Below are positions 1 to 10,402 of a stretch of 64,000 nucleotides of DNA, piece after piece. Each line of letters begins with the position of its first letter. Positions within the stretch are counted from its first letter, which is position 1. The translations under genes were made by a program, and so were the position numbers. The stretch is taken from NCBI GenBank assembly GCA_027064095.1, contig JAMOQI010000082.1, positions 3,779-67,778 on the forward strand, read 5' to 3'. Source of the DNA: Bacteroidales bacterium (GTDB taxonomy: Bacteria > Bacteroidota > Bacteroidia > Bacteroidales > UBA1556). Below the pieces are notes generated by a model. That model was not told the origin of the DNA. It ran no database searches and saw nothing but the letters and a program-made list of their open reading frames with translations.

Positions 1-92
1 CATCTTCAAGATTTACATTTATTTATAATGAACGTATTTATAATTTATTTAAATGATTTTGATAATAATGTTTTACTTATAGTTAGTATATA

Positions 93-100
93 TAACTTTG
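93..100 (+). promoter_or_regulatory. candidate -7 promoter box TAACTTTG for CDS 128..859
   Basis: Matches the TAnnTTTG -7 consensus of Bacteroidota primary-sigma promoters and ends 27 nt upstream of the ATG. Confidence 0.3.
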
Positions 101-127
101 TAAGTTGAAAAATTTTAAATAATAGAT

Positions 128-859
128 ATGAATGAAAAACAGTTAAGCAAAAAGGATAAATTAGTATTAAGTTTTGAATTTATGCAACGAACAATGGTGC
201 ATTATGCTATGTGGTATGCACAGGTTCGTGAGGAGTTTGGATTAGAACGTGCATCTGAGATTATGGAAGAAGCTTGGTCAAAAAGCTATTCTATACAGTT
301 GAAGAGACTTTCTAAAGTTTTGGATTTTGAAATTGAAGATGGTTTGCCAAAAGCTTTATTGGATTTGTCTGAAGAGAAAGTTGACCAATTAAGAGAGGCT
401 GTTGCAGTAAACTGGCTTGCAAATGATGGGGTATGGTTTCAGGCTGTTGAGTTTACCGAAGGAATGTTTCTTGCAAAGAAGTGTAATGATGCTGCGTGGG
501 GGCAATTCTCACCTTATGAGGCTGTTAGGATAAAACGGCTGCTTGACCTTCCTGAATATCCTGGTATTAGTGGATTAAAGCGTGCGATGGAACTTAGACT
601 TTATGGAACGGTAAATGTGCAATCTTTTGGAAATGAAACTGAGAGGAGTATAGACTTTTACATGAACAATTGTCGAGTGCAGGCTGCTCGTAAACGCAAA
701 GGACTTGATGATTATCCTTGTAAATCCGGCGGAATTATTGAATATTCTACTTTTGCAGCTACTATTGATGCTAGAATTAAAACTAAGGTTATTAGTTGTC
801 CTCCAGATAAACATCCTGATGAGTGGTATTGTGGTTGGCATTTTTATATTGAAGAATAA
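128..859 (+). CDS. hypothetical cytosolic protein with a Cys-rich C-terminus (possibly DUF6125 / ATC-hydrolase-like)
   Basis: Clean 243-aa ORF with an ATG start. C-terminal cysteines occur in NNCRVQ..YPCKSGG..ISCPPD..YCGWHF. The family assignment is from memory only. Confidence 0.6.
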   Translation: MNEKQLSKKDKLVLSFEFMQRTMVHYAMWYAQVREEFGLERASEIMEEAWSKSYSIQLKRLSKVLDFEIEDGLPKALLDLSEEKVDQLREAVAVNWLANDGVWFQAVEFTEGMFLAKKCNDAAWGQFSPYEAVRIKRLLDLPEYPGISGLKRAMELRLYGTVNVQSFGNETERSIDFYMNNCRVQAARKRKGLDDYPCKSGGIIEYSTFAATIDARIKTKVISCPPDKHPDEWYCGWHFYIEE

Positions 860-870
860 TAATAGGCTTG

Positions 871-889
871 TTGCTATTAGTTATAGCAA
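871..889 (+). terminator. weak hairpin downstream of CDS 128..859
   Basis: 7-bp inverted repeat ttgctat / atagcaa with a 5-nt loop, followed by atattttg. AT-rich and weak. Confidence 0.2.
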
Positions 890-1296
890 ATATTTTGATA
901 ATCAGAACGTTGTCATATCATATTGAGAATAGCTGGTCTGATATATTAGAGCTGTAATTTTGTAAAGGATTATTTTTTTATAAATAAAAAATATGATATA
1001 TAAATTATTGTATTACAGTATTGTAGGTGTGTAATTTGTTACATTATAAAAAATAATGAATTTTCAACCAAAGTATACTAACTTCTCTGTCGTCTATTAA
1101 AGAGAAAGCAAATTAGGTTCTTTTAAAATCGTTATTTTTTTCAATTTTTGTAGATTTAGGTGTTTTATTTTTTTGTTTTACTAAAATTGACTTGAATCTT
1201 ACCGTAAGGTGGGTTTAGAAAAAACTACGTGATTTTTTTCTTATTGTGTGTGTATTGAACAAATAGCAACTTAATTTGATTTTTCGTTTTAAAATT

Positions 1297-1332
1297 AAAA
1301 ACCTGTAGATTCCCATTCTACAGGTTTTTTTT
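1297..1332. terminator. bidirectional intrinsic terminator (serves trxB on the minus strand)
   Basis: Stem cctgtaga (1302-1309) pairs with tctacagg (1317-1324). An A-run lies before it and 8 T after it. Confidence 0.65.
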
Positions 1333-1377
1333 ATGTTAAAACTGAAATTGTTTTATATGTTTAAAATTAGTTTTATT

Positions 1378-2301
1378 CTATTTATTTAAATATTCTATTA
1401 CATTTAGAGCAGCATTTGTTCCATCAGCAACAGCTGTTGTAATTTGGCGGTAACGTTTTACAATGCTATCACCAGCAGCGAATACACCACTAATATTAGT
1501 TTCGTAATTGTTATTTACAATTATTTCTTTCCATTTATTTAGTTCTACAAGACCTTCTATTTTTTCAGTATTTGGTACATATCCAATAAAAATAAATACA
1601 CCATCAATTTTTTTCTCGAATCGTTCCTTTGTTTTTTGGTTTTCAATAATTACTTTTTCGAGACTTTGATCTCCAATAAATTCTATGATTTTTGATTCTA
1701 AAATATAATCTATTTTAGGATTAGCTTCCATTTCATCAATAGCACGTTGGAAACCTTGCCATTCCTTAAATTGATGAACAATGGTTACTTTACTAGCATA
1801 TTTTGTAAGAGAAACAGCTTCTTCTAATGCAGAATTTCCTCCACCGACTACAATAATTTCTCTATCCTGAAAGAAATCGCCATCACAGGTTGCACAGTAA
1901 GATATTCCTCTTCCTGCAAAAGTGTCTTCCCCTTTGGCTCCAATTTTTCTACTTTTACCGCCGGTAGCTAAGATTATAGTTTTAGCCTTAAAGCAATCAC
2001 CATTGTTTATACATATTTCTTTTATTTCTCCAGCAATATTATAATCTTTGATTTTGGTATTAGTTTTTATTTCACAACCAAATTTTTCAGCTTGCTTTTT
2101 CATTGTCATTGATAACATATACCCACTGATGCTCTCAAACCCTGGATAATTGGCTACTTCATGAGTTAGAGCTATTTGTCCTCCTGCCATACCACTGTCT
2201 ATTATTAGGACAGTTTGCTTTGCTCTTGAAAGATAAATTCCTGCTGTTAATCCTGCAGGTCCTGCACCAATTATTATGCTATCGTATATTTTTGTTTCCA
2301 T
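1378..2301 (-). CDS. trxB: thioredoxin-disulfide reductase
   Basis: FAD motif GAGPAG, redox-active CATCDG, NADPH motif GGGNSA, length 307 aa. Confidence 0.92.
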   Translation of the reverse strand: METKIYDSIIIGAGPAGLTAGIYLSRAKQTVLIIDSGMAGGQIALTHEVANYPGFESISGYMLSMTMKKQAEKFGCEIKTNTKIKDYNIAGEIKEICINNGDCFKAKTIILATGGKSRKIGAKGEDTFAGRGISYCATCDGDFFQDREIIVVGGGNSALEEAVSLTKYASKVTIVHQFKEWQGFQRAIDEMEANPKIDYILESKIIEFIGDQSLEKVIIENQKTKERFEKKIDGVFIFIGYVPNTEKIEGLVELNKWKEIIVNNNYETNISGVFAAGDSIVKRYRQITTAVADGTNAALNVIEYLNK

Positions 2302-2374
2302 AAGTTTAAATTATAATATTTTCAAAAAAAACTACCAGCATAAAATAATACCGGTAGTCTTGATAAAACAGCAA

Positions 2375-2728
2375 TTATTTGCCAAACTCAGAATCAAGGA
2401 TGTCTATAATCTGATCTAAGTTTTGAATACTTGATGTAGCTTTTACGATTTTTCCATTTTTATAGTACATTGTAAATGGTAATCCCATAAACCCTCTACA
2501 TTCTGGTGCATTTCTAATAATGGCAGCTTCAGGATGATCAAAAAGCATATCTGCAAATTTTACATTGTCATATTTGCCACTTTTTTCTAAGTCTTCCATT
2601 ATGTCATATACGGGTACGCACATAGGACCCATACGACCACAACATATCATTACATTTTCGTTTTCTTCAATTAGTTTCTTAACATCAGCTTCGGATGTAA
2701 GATGCTGTAAATTAGTTTGTAAAGTCAT
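2375..2728 (-). CDS. thioredoxin-fold protein with a non-canonical active-site region
   Basis: 117 aa, lies directly downstream of trxB. It has a cis-Pro-type GLPFTMYYKNGK segment. CCGRMGPMC occupies the position where WCGPC is expected. Confidence 0.7.
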   Translation of the reverse strand: MTLQTNLQHLTSEADVKKLIEENENVMICCGRMGPMCVPVYDIMEDLEKSGKYDNVKFADMLFDHPEAAIIRNAPECRGFMGLPFTMYYKNGKIVKATSSIQNLDQIIDILDSEFGK

Positions 2729-2975
2729 ATTAATATTAATTAAAATTTATAATTTATCGCTTTAATAGCACCGATATAGCATTTTCTGTGCCATTATTTT
2801 ATTAAATATTACCCAAAAATGTTATGTAAATTATATTATAGTAATAAGGTTTATTGCTTATATATCATATTAACAGATAATTATATTTTTTATATTGCTA
2901 ATGAGTTTTTGAAATTATATTTTAGAATATTTAGTAATAACATTATTTATGTGTCAGTCTGTCATTATTTCTTTT

Positions 2976-4016
2976 TTATCTCCTAATTTTATGTTTGTTT
3001 AAATATCGATGATATGCATTTGCATAATTAATATGTTGCCGATGATTTGTTGAGAATACATGAGTCCCTGAATTATCTGCTTTGGCACAGAAATAATAAT
3101 ATTTATGTTTTTCTGCATTCAAAACTCTATCAATGGTTGTAGGATTAGGCATGCAAATTGGTCCTGGTGGTAGTCCTGCATAAATATAGGTATTATAGGG
3201 AGAGTCAATTTTTAAATAATCATAGTTAATTCTTTTTACTGTGAAATCTCCATAAGCATAACGTGCCGTTGGGTCAGCTTGTAATTTCATACCTGTTTTC
3301 AGTCTATTTAAATAGACGCCTGCAATTCTTGACATTTCACCTTTTTTATTTGTTTCTTCTTGCACAATTGATGCTAAAATTGCTACTTCATCAATACTTA
3401 AACCTAGTTTCTCGGCTTTGGATATTCTATCTTTATTCCAAAATTTCTTTCTTTCTTTAATCATTCTTTTTACAAAAGCCTTAGAATCTGTATTCCACCA
3501 AAATTCATATGTGTTTGGGATAAATATACTTATGGCTGTTGCCTTATTAAATCCAATTGATTTTAAATAATCCTCGTCATTCATTAGCTTCATAAAATTA
3601 CCAGAGTCAGCTTCTAATTTATGACTTATTATTCCTGCTAATTTGGGTAGAAAACGTATATTATTAAATGTGAGTTTAACAGGTTTTTGATTGCCGGAAA
3701 TTAACATATTTATCAATTCATTAGCAGTCATACCATTTCGTAACTCATATCGTCCGGCTTTAATTTTTTTGTTATAGGATTTTTTCTTTGCAAGAAAATT
3801 AAATATTCCTTCATCATTAATTAAATGTTTATCAATTAATTCTTTTTTTACATCGCTATATTTATCTCCACTATGAATATATAATATTTCTGTTGCATTA
3901 GGTATAATTACTAATGGCTTTTTAAATAATTTATATGCATTTATTCCGAGAAGTGTTCCTAATATAAGGAGTACAGCTCCAAGAAAAAATAGTATTATCT
4001 TTTTCGTGTTAATCAT
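2976..4016 (-). CDS. mltG: endolytic murein transglycosylase MltG (YceG family)
   Basis: N-terminal TM anchor. YceG motifs LASIVQEET, YLNRLKTGMKLQADPT and SPYNTYIYAGLPPGPI. Confidence 0.85.
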   Translation of the reverse strand: MINTKKIILFFLGAVLLILGTLLGINAYKLFKKPLVIIPNATEILYIHSGDKYSDVKKELIDKHLINDEGIFNFLAKKKSYNKKIKAGRYELRNGMTANELINMLISGNQKPVKLTFNNIRFLPKLAGIISHKLEADSGNFMKLMNDEDYLKSIGFNKATAISIFIPNTYEFWWNTDSKAFVKRMIKERKKFWNKDRISKAEKLGLSIDEVAILASIVQEETNKKGEMSRIAGVYLNRLKTGMKLQADPTARYAYGDFTVKRINYDYLKIDSPYNTYIYAGLPPGPICMPNPTTIDRVLNAEKHKYYYFCAKADNSGTHVFSTNHRQHINYANAYHRYLNKHKIRR

Positions 4017-4018
4017 CT

Positions 4019-4531
4019 CTAAAATATAAGTTGAAAAAATATTTCATCAAAATATTCACCTTCATGAAAAGTCCAGTCTTTGCGTATACCGGATTCTTTA
4101 AACCCTTGTTTTGTAAATAAACTTGTGCTATAAGTATTATCAGTAAGTATGCTACAATATAGCTGGTGTAAATTAAGTTTATTTTTTGAGAAAAGGATAA
4201 ATTTCTCTAATGCTATTTTTGCAAACCCTTTATTTCTATAATCTTTGTGAATGATTATTCCTATACCTGCTCTTTTGTTCTTTGCGTCAAAATCAAATAA
4301 ATCAATAAATCCGATGGATTTATTATCTAAAGAAATCACCCAGCGTTTTTGACCATCATTTAGTCCGTCAATAGTGTTTTTTGAAATAAAATATTCTATT
4401 TCATCTTTTGTAAACTCACTTGTAGTATTACTTACTTTCCATACATTCTTGTCATTCTCTATTTCTAATAATAAGTCAAAATCTTCGAAGCTCAATTCTC
4501 TTATTTCTACGTTCATGTTTAATTCTCCCAT
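4019..4531 (-). CDS. GNAT family N-acetyltransferase
   Basis: Acetyl-CoA pocket-like RNKGFAKIALEKF. Overlaps the dapF stop by 13 nt, or starts at ATG 4516. Confidence 0.75.
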   Translation of the reverse strand: MGELNMNVEIRELSFEDFDLLLEIENDKNVWKVSNTTSEFTKDEIEYFISKNTIDGLNDGQKRWVISLDNKSIGFIDLFDFDAKNKRAGIGIIIHKDYRNKGFAKIALEKFILFSKNKLNLHQLYCSILTDNTYSTSLFTKQGFKESGIRKDWTFHEGEYFDEIFFQLIF

Positions 4532-5310
4532 ACTGCTGAATACACAAATTTGGCTGGTCCACTTAGAATAATATTGCGATATGTATTATCAATACTGTCA
4601 AAACTAAGTCTTAAATTTCCACCTAATGCCTTTACTACAATTTCTTTATTTTGCAAATTATTTTTTATAGAATATGCTATAGCTGCAGCTGTTGCACCAG
4701 TTCCGCATGCTAGAGTTTCTCCTTCAATACCTCTCTCATAAGTTCGTATTCTAATGTAATCTTTGTGTTCTTCAACAAAATTTACATTTGCACCACCTAT
4801 CGGTTTATATTTATTAGAAAATCTAATAGCTTTACCTTCTTTGTCGATGTCAATATTATTAATGTTATCAACAAATTCAACATGGTGAGGTACACCTGTA
4901 TTAAGAATATAGTTCCCGTTAGATTTGTTTACTTCTTCTACGTTAATCATTTGTAAACTAATATCGTAATGAGTATTATTGATAGAGTTTATAATTGCAT
5001 GGTGAAGTCCGTCAATGGCTTCAAAATTAGTTTCTTTATTAATAATTCCTAAATAATTGGCAAAAGCAACAATACACCTGCCTCCATTACCACACATGCT
5101 TGCTTCTCCACCATCTGAGTTATAATACTTCATGCTAAAATCGTATTCGTCACTTTTGTTTAATAGCATAAGTCCGTCAGCTCCGGCTCCAAACCTTCTG
5201 TCACAAAATAAAGAAATATTTTCCTTTGATAAGATAATATCTGTTTTACGATTGTCGATAATTATAAAATCATTGCCTGCTCCATGAAATTTGTAAAACT
5301 TTATATTCAT
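4519..5310 (-). CDS. dapF: diaminopimelate epimerase
   Basis: N-terminal FYKFHGAGNDF plus both catalytic Cys motifs (SMCGNGGRC and LACGTGATAAA). Confidence 0.92.
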   Translation of the reverse strand: MNIKFYKFHGAGNDFIIIDNRKTDIILSKENISLFCDRRFGAGADGLMLLNKSDEYDFSMKYYNSDGGEASMCGNGGRCIVAFANYLGIINKETNFEAIDGLHHAIINSINNTHYDISLQMINVEEVNKSNGNYILNTGVPHHVEFVDNINNIDIDKEGKAIRFSNKYKPIGGANVNFVEEHKDYIRIRTYERGIEGETLACGTGATAAAIAYSIKNNLQNKEIVVKALGGNLRLSFDSIDNTYRNIILSGPAKFVYSAVWEN

Positions 5311-5321
5311 TATAAATTAGA

Positions 5322-6131
5322 TTATTCGGTTTTAATATTTAATGGTAAAAATTCATCGGTGCATTTTAAATCATACTTTGTACCTATATAATCTAACTCT
5401 AAGATTCCATTTGGTAAGTATTTAAGCATAATTGATGTATACTGGTATACTCCAAAAAGGACTAGAGTGTTTTGACTAAGTTTATATCCGGAATAATTAA
5501 TAGGAGAACGCCAAAATTCAACATAAATTCCATCTTCTCTATTCTCTTTTACATTATTTATTAATAAACTATCTCTTTTATTGTCAGCAGAATTACTACA
5601 AATAAAATCACTTCTACGTCCTTTGGGATAAACGTAAATTGCATATATTAATTCATTTTTTGCAATATGAATGTCATTATTTGATGGATTTGATTCACCA
5701 ATATTTAGTACTTCGTAGCGAAGTGTATCGACTTCTATATTGTCAGTGGAATCTGAAAGCAAACTGTCATTTGATAAATAGATATTACTATTATTGTCTA
5801 TAGAGCTACTATCTTGCATGTAAATAACAGTGCTTGTGTCTGTTTTTAATGTGTCTGTTGTAATACTCTCATTAGAGATCGATGTTTTATTGGAATTAGC
5901 ATTGTTAGATTTTTGCTTTTTGTACTTATTTCTAGTTTTTGGTTTAGTATTTTCTTTATTGTCTGTTTTTTTTGTAGTAATTGTATCTATATTTGTTTCA
6001 AATGATATGGGAAAGTAGTTAGCGCTATTGTTCTTGCTTATAAATTGCAAACTAATATATATACCAATAAGAAGTCCTACCAGCAGACCAATAATAAAAT
6101 ATTTTCTTGGGAAATTATTATTTGTAGTCAC
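5322..6131 (-). CDS. hypothetical membrane-anchored protein with a low-complexity K/N/T/S linker
   Basis: GTG start, one N-terminal TM helix (YFIIGLLVGLLIGIYISL), a basic low-complexity stretch, then a globular C-terminus. Confidence 0.5.
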   Translation of the reverse strand: MTTNNNFPRKYFIIGLLVGLLIGIYISLQFISKNNSANYFPISFETNIDTITTKKTDNKENTKPKTRNKYKKQKSNNANSNKTSISNESITTDTLKTDTSTVIYMQDSSSIDNNSNIYLSNDSLLSDSTDNIEVDTLRYEVLNIGESNPSNNDIHIAKNELIYAIYVYPKGRRSDFICSNSADNKRDSLLINNVKENREDGIYVEFWRSPINYSGYKLSQNTLVLFGVYQYTSIMLKYLPNGILELDYIGTKYDLKCTDEFLPLNIKTE

Positions 6132-6393
6132 AGTAATTATTGTTTTAACTAGATGCTACAAATTTATACTTTTTTTACGTTAATTTTATAAACAATAATG
6201 ATTATATTTAAATGATTTATATGAAGTATTAATGAAATTAGATTTATTATTTATACTTAGATATTGATTTTTTGTAAATGATTATGTTATTAGTTATAAT
6301 TAATTGTTGGGATTATTTGTAAATAACCAGGGATAAATTATAAATCCTTTGAGATTTTTAACAATTGATTATTATTTTTACATTCATAATGAT

Positions 6394-6401
6394 TAATTTT
6401 G
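6394..6401 (+). promoter_or_regulatory. candidate -7 box TAATTTTG for the djlA-like/yidD pair
   Basis: TAnnTTTG match ending 24 nt upstream of ATG 6426. Confidence 0.3.
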
Positions 6402-6425
6402 CAATTTAAATATAAAAAATTTATT

Positions 6426-7160
6426 ATGGCAGGATTTGGAAAATGGTTAGGAGGTGGACTAGGATGGGCTTTTGGAGGTCCCATAGGAGCACTATTGGGT
6501 TTCGCTTTGGGGTCGATGTTTGATAAGGCTCAGTATACATCTGATGATATAGGTGCTATGAATGGGAGTCCAAATACTATGGCAGGTGATTTTACTGCAA
6601 GCCTTTTAGTATTATCAGCTGCAGTAATGAAAGCAGATGGTAAAATATTGAAGTCTGAGTTAGAATTTGTTAAAAAGTTCCTAATTCAACAATTTGGACA
6701 TGATAAAGCTTCTAGTTATTTACTTGATTTAAGAGAAATATTAAAGCAAGATATACCTGTGCGCGATGTGGCTATTCAGATACGTGATTATATGGATCAT
6801 TCATCAAGGTTACAGTTGTATCATTATCTTTGGGGAATTGCGATGGCTGATAATATCCTTGATGCTTCTGAGGAAAGATTATTACAGCAGTTAGCAAGTT
6901 ATCTCCGGATAAGTCAGTATGATTATCAATCGATTAGAGCAATGCATGTGAAAGATGTTGATAATGACTATAAGATATTAGAAGTGTCGCAAGATGCTTC
7001 GGTTGAAGAAATTAAAAAGGCTTATAGGAAACTTGCGATTAAATATCACCCTGATAAAGTAAGTCATCTTGGAGAGGACTATAAGAAGGCTGCTGAGGAG
7101 AAATTTCAAAAGCTTAATGAGGCATATGAAAATATTAAGAAAGAAAGAGGTTTTCATTAA
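6426..7160 (+). CDS. DjlA-like co-chaperone (Gly-zipper TM + TerB-like domain + C-terminal J domain)
   Basis: N-terminal [21 protein letters not shown], central TerB-like [15 protein letters not shown]-terminal J domain [20 protein letters not shown]. The ATG at 6426 is preferred over the TTG at 6399. Confidence 0.8.
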   Translation: MAGFGKWLGGGLGWAFGGPIGALLGFALGSMFDKAQYTSDDIGAMNGSPNTMAGDFTASLLVLSAAVMKADGKILKSELEFVKKFLIQQFGHDKASSYLLDLREILKQDIPVRDVAIQIRDYMDHSSRLQLYHYLWGIAMADNILDASEERLLQQLASYLRISQYDYQSIRAMHVKDVDNDYKILEVSQDASVEEIKKAYRKLAIKYHPDKVSHLGEDYKKAAEEKFQKLNEAYENIKKERGFH

Positions 7161-7175
7161 TAAATAATTTTTTTT

Positions 7176-7481
7176 TTGAAAGAGAAATCCATTGCAAAGA
7201 AACTAGCAATTGAAGTGGCAAGTTTGCCAATTCACTTTTACAGATATGTCATTTCGCCATTAACACCGGCTTCGTGTAGGCATTATCCGACATGTTCAGA
7301 ATATAGCTTACACGCTCTCAAAAGATATGGATTGTTAAAGGGTGGGGTTATGGCTGCCGAAAGAATATCTCGTTGCCATCCATGGGGGACACAAGGTTAT
7401 GATCCAGTTCCTTTATTTATGTTTCACATTTTTATTGAAACAAAATTAAAATGTAATAGGCTCAAAGAGAAAGAAAATTAG
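7176..7481 (+). CDS. yidD: membrane protein insertion efficiency factor YidD
   Basis: FYRYVISPL..CRHYPTCSEY..RCHPWGTQGYDPVP. The listed start is TTG and the exact start is uncertain. Confidence 0.8.
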   Translation: MKEKSIAKKLAIEVASLPIHFYRYVISPLTPASCRHYPTCSEYSLHALKRYGLLKGGVMAAERISRCHPWGTQGYDPVPLFMFHIFIETKLKCNRLKEKEN

Positions 7482-7593
7482 TTTTTTTTTGCTAAAATAC
7501 TTTTACTGTTTTTTCAAGATTATCGGTTAAAAATTCATTTAAAATTTATTTTTAAAATAATTCTTGTTTAGATTAAACTTTATAAAATATAAA

Positions 7594-7624
7594 TTTGAAT
7601 AAATTGATAAAAATAGTATCTTTG
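7594..7624 (+). promoter_or_regulatory. candidate thrS promoter (-33 TTTG at 7594-7597, -7 TATCTTTG at 7617-7624)
   Basis: Both Bacteroidota promoter elements are present with 19-nt spacing. The ATG lies 20 nt downstream of the -7 box. Confidence 0.4.
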
Positions 7625-7644
7625 CGAGCTTAAATTTTGAATCT

Positions 7645-9582
7645 ATGAGTATGATAAATATAACATTGCCAGACCAGTCTGTGCGCCAAGTAGAGCAGGG
7701 AACAACGGCAATGGACATAGCTAAGAGTATTAGCGAAGGCTTGGCAAGAAATGTACTTTCAGCCAAGTTTAATGGTGTTGTTATTGACGCATTTAAACCT
7801 TTAATCAATGACGGTAGTTTACAGCTATTGACATGGAAAGATGAAGAAGGTAAAGCAACAATGTGGCACTCATCTGCCCATCTTATGGCTGAGGCCATAG
7901 AAATACTTTATCCTGGTGCGAAATTTGGTATTGGTCCTGACATTGAAAATGGGTTTTATTATGATGTTGATTTTGGTGATAAAACCATTTCGCATGAGGA
8001 CTTGACTAAGATTGAGAAGAAGATGAAGGAACTTGCTTCTCAGAAACAAACATTTGTACGAAAAGAAATCTCTAAGGATGTTGCATTAAAAACATTTACT
8101 GATAAAGGAGATGAATATAAAGTAGAATTAATTGAAGGTTTAGAGGACGGTACTATTTCCTTCTATCAGTGCGGAGAATTTACAGATTTGTGTAGAGGTC
8201 CACATATACCAAACACAAGCCATATTAAGGCAATCAAGTTGTTAAGTATTGCAGGAGCCTACTGGCGTGGTGATGAAAATAGGAAGCAACTCACTCGTAT
8301 CTATGGAATAACATTTCCAAAGAAAAAAGAATTAACTGAGTATCTTGAGATGCTTGAAGAGGCAAAAAAGAGAGATCATAGAAAGATAGGTAAGGAGCTT
8401 GAGCTATTTACATTTTCTCAAAATGTTGGACAAGGGTTACCATTATGGTTGCCAAAAGGAGCTATGTTGAGAGAAAGATTAGAAAACTATCTTAAAACAG
8501 TACAGAAGGATGCAGGTTATGAGCCTGTTATAACTCCTCATATTGGTTCCAAAGACTTATATGTTACTTCGGGACATTATGCTAAATACGGAGCTGATTC
8601 GTTTAGACCAATCACTACTCCAAATGAAGGTGAAGAGTTTCTCTTAAAGCCAATGAATTGTCCTCATCACTGTGAGATATATAAAACAAAACCACATTCA
8701 TACAAAGAACTACCTATTAGGTATGCAGAATTTGGAACAGTATATCGTTATGAGCAAAGTGGAGAATTGCATGGTTTGACTAGAGTAAGAGGCTTTACTC
8801 AAGATGATGCACATATATTTTGTCGACCAGATCAAGTAAAGGATGAATTTAAAGCCGTTATAAAGATTGTTTTACAGATTTTTACTGCTTTAGACTTTAA
8901 AAATTTTATTACTCAGATTTCTGTAAGAGATCCACAAACTCCTGATAAGTATATTGGGAGTGATGAGAACTGGGAAAAAGCAGAAAGTGCAATTATAGAA
9001 GTTGCTAAGGAAAGTGGATTAGATTATAATGTTGAAGAAGGTGAAGCTGCTTTTTATGGTCCTAAGATGGACTTTATGGTGCGTGATGCTATTGGAAGAA
9101 AATGGCAATTAGGAACAATTCAAGTAGATTATAATTTACCAGAGCGTTTTAATTTGGAGTATATTGGTGATGATAATAAGAAACATCGACCAGTTATGAT
9201 TCATCGTGCTCCATTTGGTTCAATGGAAAGATTTGTGGCGGTTTTAATTGAACATACTGCTGGTAAATTTCCACTTTGGCTTACTCCAGAACAATTGAGA
9301 ATTCTGCCAATTAGTGAAAAATATCATGATTATGCAGAAAAAGTTTTGAGTTTGCTAAAAAATTACGACATTCGCAGCGAAATTGATTATAGGAGCGAGA
9401 AAACTGGTCGAAAGATTAGAGATGCTGAAATTCAGCGAGTTCCATATATGATTATCGTGGGGGAGAAGGAGAAAGAGAGTCAAACTGTTTCTGTTCGTAA
9501 GCAAGGAAATGGCGATATGGGGTCGATGAGCATAGATAATTTGATTGAAATGATAACAAAAGAGGTGCAAGAAGCACTTTAA
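7645..9582 (+). CDS. thrS: threonine--tRNA ligase
   Basis: 645 aa. TGS-like N-terminus, editing-domain HSSAHLMA, class II core (MNCPHH, FRYE-type [26 protein letters not shown]) and a C-terminal anticodon-binding domain. Confidence 0.97.
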   Translation: MSMINITLPDQSVRQVEQGTTAMDIAKSISEGLARNVLSAKFNGVVIDAFKPLINDGSLQLLTWKDEEGKATMWHSSAHLMAEAIEILYPGAKFGIGPDIENGFYYDVDFGDKTISHEDLTKIEKKMKELASQKQTFVRKEISKDVALKTFTDKGDEYKVELIEGLEDGTISFYQCGEFTDLCRGPHIPNTSHIKAIKLLSIAGAYWRGDENRKQLTRIYGITFPKKKELTEYLEMLEEAKKRDHRKIGKELELFTFSQNVGQGLPLWLPKGAMLRERLENYLKTVQKDAGYEPVITPHIGSKDLYVTSGHYAKYGADSFRPITTPNEGEEFLLKPMNCPHHCEIYKTKPHSYKELPIRYAEFGTVYRYEQSGELHGLTRVRGFTQDDAHIFCRPDQVKDEFKAVIKIVLQIFTALDFKNFITQISVRDPQTPDKYIGSDENWEKAESAIIEVAKESGLDYNVEEGEAAFYGPKMDFMVRDAIGRKWQLGTIQVDYNLPERFNLEYIGDDNKKHRPVMIHRAPFGSMERFVAVLIEHTAGKFPLWLTPEQLRILPISEKYHDYAEKVLSLLKNYDIRSEIDYRSEKTGRKIRDAEIQRVPYMIIVGEKEKESQTVSVRKQGNGDMGSMSIDNLIEMITKEVQEAL

Positions 9583-9607
9583 TTTATAATATATTAACTA
9601 AAATAAT

Positions 9608-9613
9608 AGGAGG
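9608..9613 (+). promoter_or_regulatory. Shine-Dalgarno-like AGGAGG ahead of the non-AUG infC start
   Basis: Perfect AGGAGG lies 8 nt upstream of ATA 9622. An in-frame TAG at 9607-9609 closes the frame upstream. Confidence 0.5.
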
Positions 9614-9621
9614 ACGTACTT

Positions 9622-10173
9622 ATAGCACAAAGGTATAAACGTGGTAGGAACTTATATCAGAAACCGACCCACGCACATAAGATTAATGGTAAGATTAGAG
9701 CTCAAATGGTTAGAGTAGTTGGTGATAATATTGAACCAAATATTTATCCATTAAAAGAAGCTTTAAGTATTGCTGAAGAACAAGGTCTCGATTTAGTAGA
9801 GATCTCACCTTCAGCTGTGCCACCAGTATGTAAAATCATTGATTATCAGAAATTTCTTTATGAACAGAAGAAGAAACAGAAGGAAATCAAAGCTAAGTCA
9901 GCTAAAGTTGTAGTCAAAGAAATTCGTCTTGGTCCAAATACTGATGACCATGATTTTAATTTTAAACTTAAGCACGCTAGGAATTTTCTTAAAGATGGTG
10001 CTAAAGTAAAAGTTGATGTGTTCTTTAGAGGACGTTCTATTGTTTATAAAGACAAAGGAGAGATAATTTTATTGAGGTTTGCTACAGAGCTTGAAGATAT
10101 TGGTAAAGTTGAAAGACTACCAAAGCTTGAAGGTAAGCGTATGATAATGATTATAGCTCCCAAATCCAAATAG
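9622..10173 (+). CDS. infC: translation initiation factor IF-3 (non-AUG start, probably ATA)
   Basis: The in-frame extension upstream of ATG 9706 encodes [18 protein letters not shown], the conserved IF-3 N-terminus that resembles RINGEIRAQEVRL in E. coli. So the true start must lie between 9610 and 9680, where no ATG, GTG or TTG is in frame. Confidence 0.85.
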   Translation: MAQRYKRGRNLYQKPTHAHKINGKIRAQMVRVVGDNIEPNIYPLKEALSIAEEQGLDLVEISPSAVPPVCKIIDYQKFLYEQKKKQKEIKAKSAKVVVKEIRLGPNTDDHDFNFKLKHARNFLKDGAKVKVDVFFRGRSIVYKDKGEIILLRFATELEDIGKVERLPKLEGKRMIMIIAPKSK

Positions 10174-10207
10174 GTTTAATTTAGTATTAACTTAAAATTT
10201 GAGCGTA

Positions 10208-10402
10208 ATGCCAAAGATGAAAACAAAATCCTCTGCCAAAAAAAGGTTCACTCTTACCGGCACAGGAAAAGTGAAGAGAAAACATGCCTTCAAAAGTCAT
10301 ATTTTGACTAAGAAAACTAAAAAGCAGAAGCGTAATTTAACGCATGTTGCAATGATAGAGAAGGTTGATGAAGCTAATGTTAAAAGACTATTAGCTAAGT
10401 AA
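10208..10402 (+). CDS. rpmI: 50S ribosomal protein L35
   Basis: [26 protein letters not shown]; conserved infC-rpmI-rplT gene order. Confidence 0.95.
   Translation: MPKMKTKSSAKKRFTLTGTGKVKRKHAFKSHILTKKTKKQKRNLTHVAMIEKVDEANVKRLLAK

Noticed and set aside
1-127. Possible start (CAT at 1-3) of a minus-strand gene running off the left edge
   Set aside because: Only three nucleotides would be inside the window, so the call cannot be supported.
7539-7898. Minus-strand 119-aa ORF overlapping the thrS start
   Set aside because: It is antisense to the highly conserved thrS N-terminus and spans the thrS promoter. It has no recognisable motif and is a shadow ORF.
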